The notes under the pieces: generated by a model
Databases searched by the model: none
Seen by the model: only the letters and a program-made list of their open reading frames with translations
What the model was told of the DNA's origin: nothing
Translations under genes and position numbers: made by a program
Assembly: GCA_030390025.1 (NCBI GenBank)
Contig: CM059433.1
Span: 26,848,001 to 26,912,000 of the forward strand
Length of the DNA: 64,000 nt
Reading direction: 5' to 3'
Source of the DNA: Squalus acanthias
Taxonomy: Eukaryota
In this document: positions 1-11,478 of the stretch, piece by piece
Layout: every line of letters begins with the position of its first letter
Numbering within the stretch: position 1 is the stretch's first letter

Positions 1-992
1 CCTACCGAAGTCGGAGGTGCTGCAGCTTCTATCTCTCAACTGTGGGACCTCCTTGGAAGACCCTCTCCCCGCTTTGACTGAGCACTTCCCCAACGGAGGT
101 ATCTGCCAGCAGCATGGGACCATTCATTTCCTTTCATGATGGACCTCAGATTCGGATGAGGAGCAGCCATGGCAGCAGCAGAACCAGGCAGCTCAGCAGC
201 AACAGCAGCAGGAGCCCCAACCTCCTGCTCACCCACCTGATGCTGCACAGGGTAGAAGGCGCCAGTGCATAGAAGCACGTCGTGCAAGGAATGCACTCAT
301 CCTGACCAGATTTGCATAGGTTGCCCATTGTGGCACATGTGCTTGGCTCCTTCTTAGCACATGATAGACAATGGACATGACTCTCTGGCCTCCTTTCACT
401 CTGACCACCAACTTGACCATGCAAGTGTCGCGGAGCCCGCAATGTGGAGCTGCCTAAGCCGAAATAACAGATGCCATCACGCCAACAGTTTGCCATCACC
501 TAATTTTAATACATTCCCACAGGGATGGAATTTCATCAATAAACAGAAACAATCACCCAATCTGCACACAGATCAGGAGGTTATATCCCTTGCCAGCTGG
601 ACTCACACAGCTTTGGTTTCTTTGGGAGGCCTCTTCCTCCCAGATGAGGGGAAGAGCACCTCCCTGCTAGCTCTCGCCCCCCTCAACCTCGGGGAGGCCC
701 TTGCCTTGGAGCTGGCCATTCTTCAAGGAGATAACAGCTTGGAGGTGGTGCAGCATCGACCAAAAACCAGTGGAATGAGCCAAGGCAGCAAGCAGCCCTT
801 AAATGAAGCTAGATAAGTGACGTCAGCAGAGGCGAGTTTCAGTCCCAAAAGACTAATTGGCCCAGGGGAACCCACACCTCTGAAATCAACTGGCCAATTA
901 GGGGAAAATCGCAAATTTTTCCCACCTCTCAGTGGAGGCAGGTTTGGAACCCACCCAAACCGAAACCCGCCTCCATTGGGAAAATCGCCCCC
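1..992 (+). mobile_element. PIF/Harbinger transposon remnant (transposase C-terminus and GC-rich right end)
   Basis: About 170-320 (+) reads QQQEPQPPAHPPDAAQGRRRQCIEARRARNALILTRFA*, resembling a HARBI1-type transposase C-terminus; GC-rich terminal region ends in GAAAATCGCCCC near 991. Confidence 0.55.
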
Positions 993-993
993 C

Positions 994-1314
994 TAGTGTC
1001 AGTAATGGTGGCCATGAAACTGCCAGATTGTCGTAAAAACCCATCTGGTTCATTAATGTCCTATAGGGAAGGAAATCTGCCGTCCTTACCTGGTCTGGCC
1101 TATAAGTGACTCCAGACCCACAGCAATGTGGTTGACTCTTAACTGCCCTCTGAAATGACCTAGCAAGCCACTCAGTTATACCAAACCGCTACAAAGAAGC
1201 ATGGTCTGCAGTGGTACAAGAAGGCGGCTCACCACCACCTTCTCAAGGGCAATTAGCGATGGGCAATAAATGCTAGCTTTGCCAGCGACGCCCACATCCC
1301 ATAAACGAATAAAA
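994..1314 (+). mobile_element. 5'-truncated SINE built from the 5' UTR core and 3' tail of the tRNA-headed LINE family
   Basis: 994-~1195 matches the reverse complement of 50650-50845 (LINE 5' UTR); ~1203-1314 matches the reverse complement of 46141-46258 (LINE 3' tail GGCAATAAATGCT...CCCACATCCCAT.AACGAATAAAA). Confidence 0.85.
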
Positions 1315-1319
1315 TTAGC

Positions 1320-2865
1320 TAGGGTGGGGGGAAAGGATAGTACAGGTGCCAGCTCTCCGGAGGGCGAGGTCGCACACTAGTTCTGCTGCAGAGGACTCCA
1401 ATGAGGACTATGATGGACCAGACTACAGAAGAAGGCTGATGAGTCTACACATCCAAATGCTTGGTGTACTGGAAGGCCTGACAGAAAGTTTGCACTCAAT
1501 GTCAAGGAGCATGGAGGAGTCCAGCACCAACTTGGCACAGGGCTTTGCGCAGAGCTTGGAGCCCATCCTTTCCAAAATGGAATGGGAGGTTACCTCCATC
1601 AGCATGTCTGTGGGACCCACCCTGATGCAGCGTCTGATGGCCGTGTCACAGCTTCCATTGCAGCACAAGCAGCTTTCATCAAAGGTCTGATTGCTGCAGT
1701 GGAAGCTCAGACTGTTGCCCTCATGGGTCTGGATACCACTGTTCAAAGGGGCTCCCAGGGCCTCACAGCAGTCCAGCAATCTGTTCTCCAACTGATCAGT
1801 AGGAATGCTGAGGTGCTGCCCCGGGAGAGTGACAGTGGCTCCATGTTGCACAAACCTGCTGTGCTCTCTCAGGATGACAGCATTCGTGCTCCCACCCCTG
1901 CCACTCTGCCAGTGCCCTTGCTATTACCTGTCAGCCAGCCAGCCCAGACTGCTGCAGCCCAGGCCGAGATGGTGCAGTCTGAAGCCAGGCCTTCTAGGCC
2001 CAGAGTTGCTCGAGGTCACCCTCCAAGGCCCTCTGCAGTCTCCTCAATTGAAGGTCAGCAGCCTCCCACCACCCATGCTGCAGCCACTAGGGAAGCACCT
2101 CATAGGAGCACTAGGAGAGGCAAAGGCACAGGGGAGAGGCATTAAGGGAATGCACAAGGCTGATTAGTTTATTTTTGTTTGCATTATGTAATGATTGAAT
2201 TTATAAATTTGGATTAGAATGTGCATTTTCTCGTGGTTTTTATTTTTGTGTTGTCAGAAAGAGAATGATATGATGGTCAGTGATAGAGAAAAGGTAAGGA
2301 GCGTGGGACTATTTGTGAATGGGGAGGTGTGGTTGAGGTTTCATCATGTAGAACCCGGGCAGAAAAGGGCTGTCCATGTTGTAGCCTCCCTTCCTCTCCT
2401 GTTCCTCCACTTCCTGTTGCACTTTCTCCTCCACCTCCTCCTCCTCCTCTTCCTTGTGATCCTACTCCTCAGCTTCTCGCCTGATAGGTGGTGGCAAGGG
2501 CTATTCCCTCATAACGGCCAGGTTGTGCAGCATGCAGCAATCCATTACAAATCTTGATACCCGCTCAGTTGAGTACTGCAGGGCTCATCCAGACAGCTGA
2601 AGCATTGCTTGAGGACATCGATGGTGTGCTCTATAATGTTCCTTGTGGCAGCATGGCTCTCATTGTAGGCCTGCTGTGCATGTGTGCGTGGGTTCTGGAC
2701 CGGAGTCATGAGCCATGTCATGAGTGGATAACCCTTGTTGCCCAGTAGCCAGCCTTTGACTTGACATGGTAGTTCAAATACAAGTGGCACAGAGGACTGC
2801 CACAAAATGAAGGAATCGTGACTACTGCCAGGATAACGGGCATTCACCTGCATGATGCGCTGCCC
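1320..2865. mobile_element. Harbinger remnant with convergent genes: Myb/SANT-partner C-terminal region (+) and transposase 3' part (-)
   Basis: ORF 2545..2853 (-) has ARYPGSSHDSFI, GWLLGNKGYPL..WLMTP and YNESHAATRNIIEHTI (HARBI1-like DDE motifs); ORFs 1346..2145 (+) are a helical then Pro/Ala-rich tail like the partner protein. Confidence 0.8.
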
Positions 2866-2869
2866 GAAC

Positions 2870-3485
2870 TATCTCCTCCTTGAAGGCCTCCCATTGCTCA
2901 TTTACTGTTTTACCTGATAATCTTTGTTTCAATTCCACCTAGGCCAGATCCCTTTCCAACTCACTGACATTAGTTCTCCTCCAGCTGAGTATCTTCACCT
3001 TTGATTGTTACTTGTCCTTTTCCATAACTATTCTAAACCTGATAATATTGTGATCACTGTTTCCTAAATGTTCTCCCACTGAAACATGCTCCACTTGCCC
3101 CACTTCATTCCCCAGAACTAGATCCAGCACTGTTTGCTTCCTCATTGGGTTGGAAACATACCGATCAAGAAAGTTCTCCTGTATATATTTCAGGAATTCC
3201 TCCCCCTCCTTGCCTTTCACACTGTTTTCCCCCCAGTCTATATTAGGGTAATTGAAATCCCCCATTATCACTACTCTATTGTTTTTACATCTTTCTGAAA
3301 TTTGCTTTCAGATTTGCTCCTCCATCTCCTTCCTACTATTTGGTGATCTATAATATACAGCCAGCAGCGTAGCAGCTCCTGTTCCACTGCTTAATTCTAA
3401 CCAAATAGATTCTGTCTTTGAAGCATCAAGCACACCATCCCTTTCCAGGGCGGTAACAGTATCTTTTCTTTTGATCAATATCCTG
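2870..3485 (-). mobile_element. CR1 LINE fragment (APE endonuclease region)
   Basis: ORF 3008..3271: IMGDFNYPNIDW...LDLVLGNE...LGNSDHNIIRF. Confidence 0.9.
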
Positions 3486-3544
3486 TCTGATTCAGATCAA
3501 AATACTCTCCAGACATAATGCATATTTGGAGGGACGGAGTCAGT

Positions 3545-5070
3545 GGCCTAGAAATTCTACCACACGGGTGCTAAACAGCTTCCAAAGCTTCCAATATGGG
3601 GGAAAGAAAAGCACTCTCATTATGAGCCAGAAGTTCATTGCCCGCCGTATTAGTATAGGCAACTCCGTTGGCATCAGGAGCGCCCTTTAGAACTATGCAA
3701 ACAGCAGAAGAGCAGGAGCAGCTGCCACAAGAGGGAGGAGGAGGGCACTGCACAGAAGGCCATACCCACAGAGGATATTTAGAGAGCACTTCAACTACTT
3801 AAACTTCACAGAGGAGCAAAGTTTAAGGTGTCTTTGCTTCACCAAGGAGGCTATCACTGAGATATGTCGCCTGCTGCAGTCACAACTGGAGCCTCGAATC
3901 CTGACATGGACAGCACTGCCTGTGGCTATCAAGGTTCCTGTGGTCATTTATGCCTCAGGCTCCCTCCAGGCTGAAGCAGTTGAATTTAGCAACATCTGCC
4001 AGTTTGCAGTACACCAATGTCTCGGGGGTCACCGAGGCGCTCTACACCAGGAGGAACACCTACATCTCATTCCCTATGGACAGAGTGAAGCAAGACGAGT
4101 GGGCACTAGATTTCACCCACATGGCAGGCTTCCCCAGGGTACAAGGTGCCATAGATTCACCCACATTGTCCTGCGTGCTCCACATCACCAGCCTGGCATC
4201 TTTATCAATGGAAAGGGATTCCACTCCCTCAACGTTCAGCTGGTTTGTGACCACAGGCAGCGCATCATCGTCTGTGCCCACTATCCCGGCACCATTCATG
4301 ACTCATCCTGTGCCAGTCCTCTGTACCTCCTTTATTGCAGCCAGGCCATCAAGTTACAGGCTGGCTACGGGGTGACAAGGGGTTAACTTTTGGTGTGAAG
4401 GGAAGCAGGGAGAGAGAAGTGACAGTGTTGTGAAGTTTTACAGAATGTGCCTGTTATGGTGGAATAGCTGGTAGTCAGTGTATCTGATGTGAATTGTGGG
4501 TAAGTGAGTATGAGGAGAAGAAGGTATAGTGAAGTGTGGTGCAGTGATTGTCGGAAATGAAGAGAGGCGGGCGGGGGGGGGGGGGATGTATTGTGAGTAG
4601 TGAGGCAAGAGGTGGTGGATGTGTGTGCAGGGTGTAAGAGAGCAGTATGTTTACCTCAGCAACTCTAGTGAGGTCATTGAACTTCTTTTGTCATTGCAGC
4701 ATGCCCTGGGCACTAAACTCCTGGCATTGACATGCTATGCAACCTACTCCCACTGTCGCCGGAGTTGATGCCTGGAGGGTTTCCTGCCCCCGGTGGGATG
4801 AAGATGTCCTTCCTCCTGTTCACGGTCTGAACCAGCACCTCCAACGTGGCATCGGAGAATCTGGGTGCCCTTTCTGGACCTCTTCCAGCTATTTCTTCCA
4901 CTCTGTATGTTGTTTGCAGCCAGAGTGGACCTCTTTAAGAGTTGCTGGCTGTCTTTAAGTGGCATCACAGACACCCAATATCCTGCCCCCAGTGAGGCGT
5001 GCAGCCAATGAGTAGCACAGGCTGCACGCCTGAGTCGTTATAATCAGCAGGCAACATGAATTTCTAGGTC
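3545..5070. mobile_element. Degenerate Harbinger transposon with TIRs, transposase (+) and Myb/SANT-like gene (-)
   Basis: TIRs GGCCTAGAAATTC (3545-3557) and GAATTTCTAGGTC (5058-5070); transposase motifs AGFPRVQGAID and NGKGFHSLNVQLVCDH..AHYPGTIHDS (3922-4386); Myb-like RAPRFSDATLEVLVQTV (4713..4901 -). Confidence 0.88.
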
Positions 5071-5357
5071 AATAATTCTGCTGGGAATACACAATTCAAA
5101 TCAACACGCTATGAAAACTTATACTGCCATCATTACATAATACTGAAAGCCTATATGGTTGTAATATAGCATTTTAAGGAAGTAATTTTTCAGTGGAGGG
5201 TTGCCAGATGGAACAAGTATCTCAAGTGTTACATGTGATAATGTGCACAAGTGGTACAGCTATAACTTAGTGATAGTGATGCTTTTTGATGCAAATTATA
5301 TAATAACAGAGGAAGCTGTGCCAACTAAACCTTGGGGACAAAAATACTCCTTTAAAT

Positions 5358-5832
5358 GGTTGCCATGGATCAGTTGGTTGCACTCTCACCTCAGAATCAG
5401 AAGGTTGTGGGTTCAAGTTTCACTCTAGAGACCACCAGGAGCAGAAAATTCAGGCTGATGCTCCAGTGCAGTACTGAGGGAGTGCTGCACTGTTGGAGGT
5501 GCTGCCTTTCAGATGAGACATTAAACCGAGGCCAAGACTGCCCTCTCAGGCGAACATAAAACATCCCATGGGACTATTCGAAGAAGAGTAGGTGAGTTCT
5601 CCCTGGTGTCCTGGGCCAATATTTATCCCTCAACCAACATCACTAAAACAGATTCTCTGCTCATTATCACATTGCTGTTTTTGGGATCTTGCTGTGCGCA
5701 AATTGGCCGGCGTGTTTCCGACATTACAACAGTGACTACACTTTTTAAAAAAGCACTTACCTGGCTGTAAAGCGCTTTGGGACATCGTGAGGTCATAAAA
5801 AGTGCTATATAAATGCAATACTTTCTTTCTCT
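5358..5832 (+). mobile_element. Deu-domain tRNA-derived SINE (SacSINE1/AmnSINE-like)
   Basis: tRNA-like head with GGTTCAAG B-box, core GGAGGTGCTGCCTTTCAGATGAGACATTAAACCGAGG, tail ...GCTATATAAATGCAA..CTTTCTTT; homologous to copies at 44655, 51200, 53507 and 59905. Confidence 0.8.
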
Positions 5833-6300
5833 CCATAATGGTGGTCTGTGTTACAAGTTCTACTGGTGCCATATAATGGAGATTATACCATGCAACGTTT
5901 GCGCTAACATCTGTGGATCTGGAGAGTTAATTTGGTCAGCTGTTTAATTATACATGGGCAGAGCTGATGTCATCATAACAAGGATTCACAGAAGGGTCAA
6001 TTGTATATTTCAGGAGATCACCAAGAGATTATTTATGCAGTCTGTATTTTGTACACATTGTTTTGCTTTCCTTCATAAAATTTTAAAGTCATGTCTGTGT
6101 GAGTAGAATAGACTATTTGCAATGGAGAACCATTAACATATGACTTAAGGGATGAAATGTCAAAATGTTCATCTGCTGCGCAAGCTTCAAAATGATGATG
6201 TTAAAATGAAATTAAAGAAAGAAAATTTATATAGTGCCTTTCACGACCTCAGGATGTCCCAAAGTGCTTCACAGTCAATGAAATACAAGGATATCTATAA

Positions 6301-6973
6301 AGTATGATTTTAACCCCCTGCGCCCAATAAGAACAGGGCTTGCAGAGGATTAAAGTTCTTGCAGCGACCTACTCACCCAACCCTCATTACCCTTGTGACG
6401 TGCTCCATTTTAACACTGTGTGTTCTGACCATGTCAGCCATGAGGCCCTCATACCAGGCAGGCGAGGACAATATTAAAATTCAAAAGTCGGGATCTGTTG
6501 ACATCATTCAGATCCCAACTATATTTTAACTGTGGACAGCCACATTCGGTGCCTGGTGCTGGTCTCGCCAGACGTACTGAGTGCAGAGCCAGAAAAGAAG
6601 CAAAAAGGTAAGTAATTTGTATTTTAAAAGGGTTCCTTGTGGGCCTGGGAAGAGCAGAAGTGTTCCTTTGGCCCCACAAGGAAAATTAGGGTCCCGGGCT
6701 TCCATCCCCCGACTGTAATTGCCTGATCCCCTCTCACCACTTCCCTGACCACCGGGGACCGTTGCCATGGGTCCCAGGCTGTGGCCTTCTACCACGCTCA
6801 CCCGACTCTCGCCTGACGTCATTAACGCCAGGTTCGGGTAGGAATCAGACCTGGTATATTTAAATGAGACCTGGAAATTAAAATGGCCAGGGCTTCATGT
6901 AAATGAGCTGGGGCAAGCCTGAAGCACCCCGTCAGCTCCACGCTCACTCCTCGTCCTCAGTTAAAATCGGGCC
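6301..6973. mobile_element. Non-autonomous Harbinger-like MITE
   Basis: Degenerate TIRs GATTTTAAC (left, ~6306) and GTTAAAATCGGGCC (6960-6973) around a GC-rich non-coding interior. Confidence 0.55.
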
Positions 6974-9166
6974 TATATTTCGTGTGCAGGTTTATAAAGG
7001 AGTGTATATATACTATCAGTTATATCTTATTATTTAGCTGACCTGCTCTCAGCTCTTTTGAGTACACCATTTGTGGTGCTAGTTGGCTTCTCATGTGACC
7101 TATTGAATGCATTGGACAGTAAAGCTTTTTCATGTTGTTATTCTTGCTAAAATAAAATTCCTACATTTTCTCTATTTTAAATTAGTCCCTTATATTGAGG
7201 TACAGTTCCACAAGGATCCTCAGCCCTTCAGTACCTTGCACTATGGTCATTTTTAATTCTGAACCTAGAGCATGAGTGTTGACCAGCTATTTAATCATGG
7301 AGAGTATTACAACTGAGCCAGATCCTGTCCTCACATGATTCCAACACATGTACTTTCTAGGGGGGGCATTGAATGACTATCAAGTGTTCTAGAATGAGAA
7401 TACCATAGTTATATGATATATATGATATATGATCATGTTCATATGATATATATCACATACATAGTCAATCTTCTATGGTATTGCACACGGGGTGTCAAGA
7501 CCAAATGTAGTCTTCAGGTGAAGCTGAAGCTGGGTTAGGATGGGGGGCTAACTGAAACAGAAGCCCAGATGTAATTTAGTCCTCATTTTAAAGTCATACT
7601 TTCTGCCTTTATTTTTATATTTTCATTATAAGTTCCTATGTCCACATTTATAATAGAAGCACTCAATGTAAACATGTCATGCTGTAATTTCACCCTCCCA
7701 CCAGTGGTGGCAATGCAGCAAGACACAGCACGGTCTATTTCAATTATAAAGGAAGACAAAATATTTATAATTCAAAATAATAGCTGATAGGAAGTGCACA
7801 CATATATAACGTTACCAGTAGATCACCCTTGGCATTGCTCACCATGAGTCATGAGAATTCACTATTTTATAACAAGAGGGGTGTTTATACCATGCTAGGG
7901 ATAACATCAGGACCACTGATGTATAGTGACTGAATCAGTCAAATTTCCTTTGTCCTTTGATTTTGCTTCACTGTGGAGAGGGAACCAAAGGTTTGGCAGA
8001 ATGTGAGGTTTGGCTCACTGCTGGATTCCTGGTGTCGATCAACGGTGAGGGGAGGGTATGATTGTAAGAGCACTTGGCCAGGTGAAGGAGGTATTCCCAC
8101 ATCTGGTAGGACTGGTTTGTGACTTTCTAAGGATTCTCTGTAAACATTGAATTTGGTATTTTGTGATTGGTTCCTGGATATGTATCTCTATGTCTCTGTC
8201 TTTGTTTCCATCTTTCTGTCTCTCACAGCTGTTAAAAAAAATTGGATTTGGGAGTTTTGAAAATACATCTTAATTTTTTTAAAGTTGAAAATGTAACTCA
8301 AATTGAGATGAGGACATGTATGTCTCTCTCTTTGTCTCCCCATGCCTGACAGCTGTTAGTAATTAGAATGGTTAAATTTTTTAATCATCAACAAAACCCA
8401 GGGGATGACATGATAGTTTGCGGCTGTTCTATCAACAAATCACAGATGATAATAGGATAATTATAGACTGTTCAAAAAAATAACTCAAATTAAGATGAGG
8501 AGGATACTTCCTCTCTCAATGCACTTTCTAAAGTTTATAAGGCAAAATTGCAACAGGTGTGTAATCAGTAGTCTGTTTTTTCTTTCTCATGCACACACAC
8601 ACAAACAAACGCCCACACACACACCACTCTGTTTATGAAAAGCACGCACAAACTCGCTATTAAAAAATTCTCAATATAAACTTTACTGTAATAAAGCTTT
8701 TGAAATTTGTCCTTGGGTTCTTCTTAACACAATGTTCAAGAACAATTGGTTAGAAACTGTTGGAAGCTAGAGAAAAAAAAATTCCATCAGTGCAGCTGAC
8801 TGCACAGTACTGATGTGTCCTTGAAGTTAGGTACACTCCACATGCTCAGACTGCACAATTGTAATTCTGCACACAGCATCATAGCCCCGTGCAAAATGAT
8901 CAAGACCAAGCTTAAGAGTTTGGGTGAGGCTTAGGCCGTTAAGGAAAAAATGTAATAAAGGTATTACAAAGCACAAAGGATAATTTAGTGATTAATTTAA
9001 TGATGTTATTCTGATACATGTAATGTTTAGATTTTTTAATTTTGTTGAAACCTTTATTTTGGACATTAGAAATTTTTGGTTACTGAAAAAATTGGCAATG
9101 AAGAATTTTCAGAAAGCATTTTGAGTGATAATACGGTGCTATCCGGCGGCCATATTGTGTGATTAC

Positions 9167-9717
9167 AACAATAACAATTTGCTTTTATGCCTTTTTCATA
9201 GCAAAATCTTCCAAAGTGCTCCACAGTTGAATAATCAAAAAATGGATGCAAAACCAAAGGAGATATTAAGAGGGGTGATCAATAGTTTGATCAAAGAGAT
9301 GAATTATAAAGAGGGTCTTAGACAGAAGTGTTTAAGAAGGATATTCCAGAGCAAGGAGTCATGGCAGCTGAAGGCATGACTCCCAATGGTGGGGCAAAAG
9401 AGAGGGGGATGCGCAAGAGGCCAGAGTTTGAGAAACTGAGAGTTCGGAGGTGAGGGTTTGTACACCTGCAGGATGTTACAGAGATAGGAAAGGTCAAGGC
9501 CATGAATGGATTTAAACACAAGAATGGGAATTTAAAATTGGGCGCATTGGGGAACCCAGAGCTAATGTAGATCAGTGAGAGCAGCATTGATGGATGAGTG
9601 GTGCTTCGTGCGGAATAAGATACAGGCAGCAGAGTTTTAGATGAACTAGTATTTATGGAGGGTGGAGGCTGGGATGCCAGCCAGGAGCGCACTGGAATAG
9701 TCGAGTCTGGAGGTGAA
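9167..9717 (-). mobile_element. L2 LINE 3' fragment
   Basis: Minus-strand FKSIHGLDLSYL...HAFSCHDSLLWNIL resembles the L2 ORF2 C-terminus; degenerate (TTG)n tail near 9167. Confidence 0.75.
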
Positions 9718-9729
9718 ATAATTCCATCC

Positions 9730-9980
9730 CCATTTTAAAATCATACATTCTGTCCTTACTATTATATATATATTTCCATTATCAATTCCAATGTCCATAT
9801 TTATAATGGAAGCTGCCTATGTAAATTTGTCATGCTGTAATTACAGCCTCCCTCCAGTGGAGGCGCTGCAACACCACCACTAAGTAGAGGGAGTGCAATT
9901 ACAGCATCACAAGTTTCCATTATAAATGTGGATATAGAAAAAGATGACAGAAACTATGTACAAACATGAAGATTTTGAAT
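9730..9980. repeat. Old imperfect palindromic (MITE-like) element; partial second copy at ~7580-7730
   Basis: Arms TCCATATTTATAATGGAA...CATGCTGTAATT and AATTACAGCAT...TTCCATTATAAATGTGGA are near reverse complements; 7580-7730 aligns to the left arm and centre. Confidence 0.7.
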
Positions 9981-10273
9981 GTTATATATATCCTTTGGCA
10001 GTGCTCACAGAGTGTGAGATGATACATTGATGCAGGATACAATGCCATTACTGGTTTCAGCCTTTAACTGCAGCATTACTGAGACCTGTTTACCTGGGAA
10101 ATTCCCTTTGTAACTAATTACATAGGCATGTTCAATGTTAAATGTTGAAATTAAAAGCATGATCAAAAATCATGACAATAGGAAGTTTATGGATAGAAAA
10201 TGTAAACACAAACAAGACTGAATACAATACTAGTGAATCTCCTGTGGTGTTGTACATGGGGAGTAAAGACCAA

Positions 10274-11116
10274 GGGCTGGATTTTGTGAATGGAGACGAG
10301 TTGGAGGCGGGACTGCTGCTTGTCGGGTCTAAGTCCTGCCTCCATCATCTTCTGGCCAACCAGCGGGATTTTCCCCTGATTGACCTTGTTAAGCCCGCCC
10401 TGCGGGCTCAGCAGGCCAATTAGGGGGAAGTCACTGACAGAGCACGTCAACGTCTGATGTGCCATCCGTCAAGATTTCTTGAAAGAAGAAATGTCAGCAT
10501 TTGACAGCTCTGTGAAGCTGTCAAACACTGACATTCTGTGTAGTTTGATGAGCCCTTGTGTTCAGGACTCATCAAACCTTTCTACTTTGTAGATTTCAGA
10601 TGACTGTTGGTTCGGAGGATCCAACAGCCAGTCTGTGAAATCTACAAGGAAGATGTCGGGACTCCAGATCCAGAGCGGATGAAGTCTGTAGGCAGAAACA
10701 AAGGTAAGTGAACATTTGTTAATAATTTACACTCACCTTACATACTTACCACTCCACACTTGCACCCATCACTCACCTCTACATCTCACTTTCAGACCCC
10801 TCCAACCCCGCAGACCCCTACTCGACTCCTCCAACCCGACGGGGTTATCCAAGGTCGGGAAGCCTGCAGTTGGTAAGGTAAAATGGGACTAATCCTTTTT
10901 TCTGCCTGTTAACTACCTGTTAACAGGCAGTTAAAAGGATTTAATCCCTTTCCCGCCTCGAGGAGACGGGACCCAGGTCAGGACGGCTTCCCGCCTCCTG
11001 GCAAAAGGGCACGGTGGCGGGATGGGGGTGGGTTTGCCATCCGCCCCCACTTTCTGCAACTTTACCAGCAGTCCCGCCTCCATACCCGCCTCTTCGAGGC
11101 TGGCAAAATCCAGCCC
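10274..11116. mobile_element. Harbinger-type MITE with perfect 13-bp TIRs
   Basis: GGGCTGGATTTTG ... CAAAATCCAGCCC flanked by the 3-bp TSD CAA (10271-10273, 11117-11119). Confidence 0.9.
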
Positions 11117-11182
11117 CAAGAGACTGAAAATCCATGGGCCTGACACCTGACCTTGCCAGAGTATGCAGGGTCGGGAGAGGCT

Positions 11183-11478
11183 ACATAGAAATACATAGAA
11201 ATTACAGAAACAGGCCATTCAGCCAAACTGGACAAATCTAAAACTAGGGGCCTCCTCCCACCCTACTTCTTCTAACCCTATCAGCATAACCTTCTATTCC
11301 TTTCTCCCTCATGTGCATATCTAGCTTTCCCTTAAATGTGTCTATGCTATTCGCCTCAACCTCTCCATGTGGTAGCAAATTCCATATTCTAAACACTCTC
11401 TGGGCAAAGAGGTATCCCCTGAATTCCATATTAGATTTATTATTGACTATCTTATAGTTATGACCCCTAGTTTTGGAT
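11183..11478 (-). mobile_element. CR1 LINE 3' end fragment
   Basis: ORF 11244..11489: KTRGHNYK...FAQRVFRIWNLLP...FKGKLD; tail repeat near 11183. Confidence 0.85.

Noticed and set aside
1346..4974. Domesticated HARBI1 or NAIF1 host genes
   Set aside because: Multiple frameshifted copies, one bounded by TIRs, indicate transposon remnants.
5358..5430. tRNA genes at SINE heads (also ~44660, 34726 and 50900)
   Set aside because: They continue into SINE or LINE bodies and lack a full cloverleaf.
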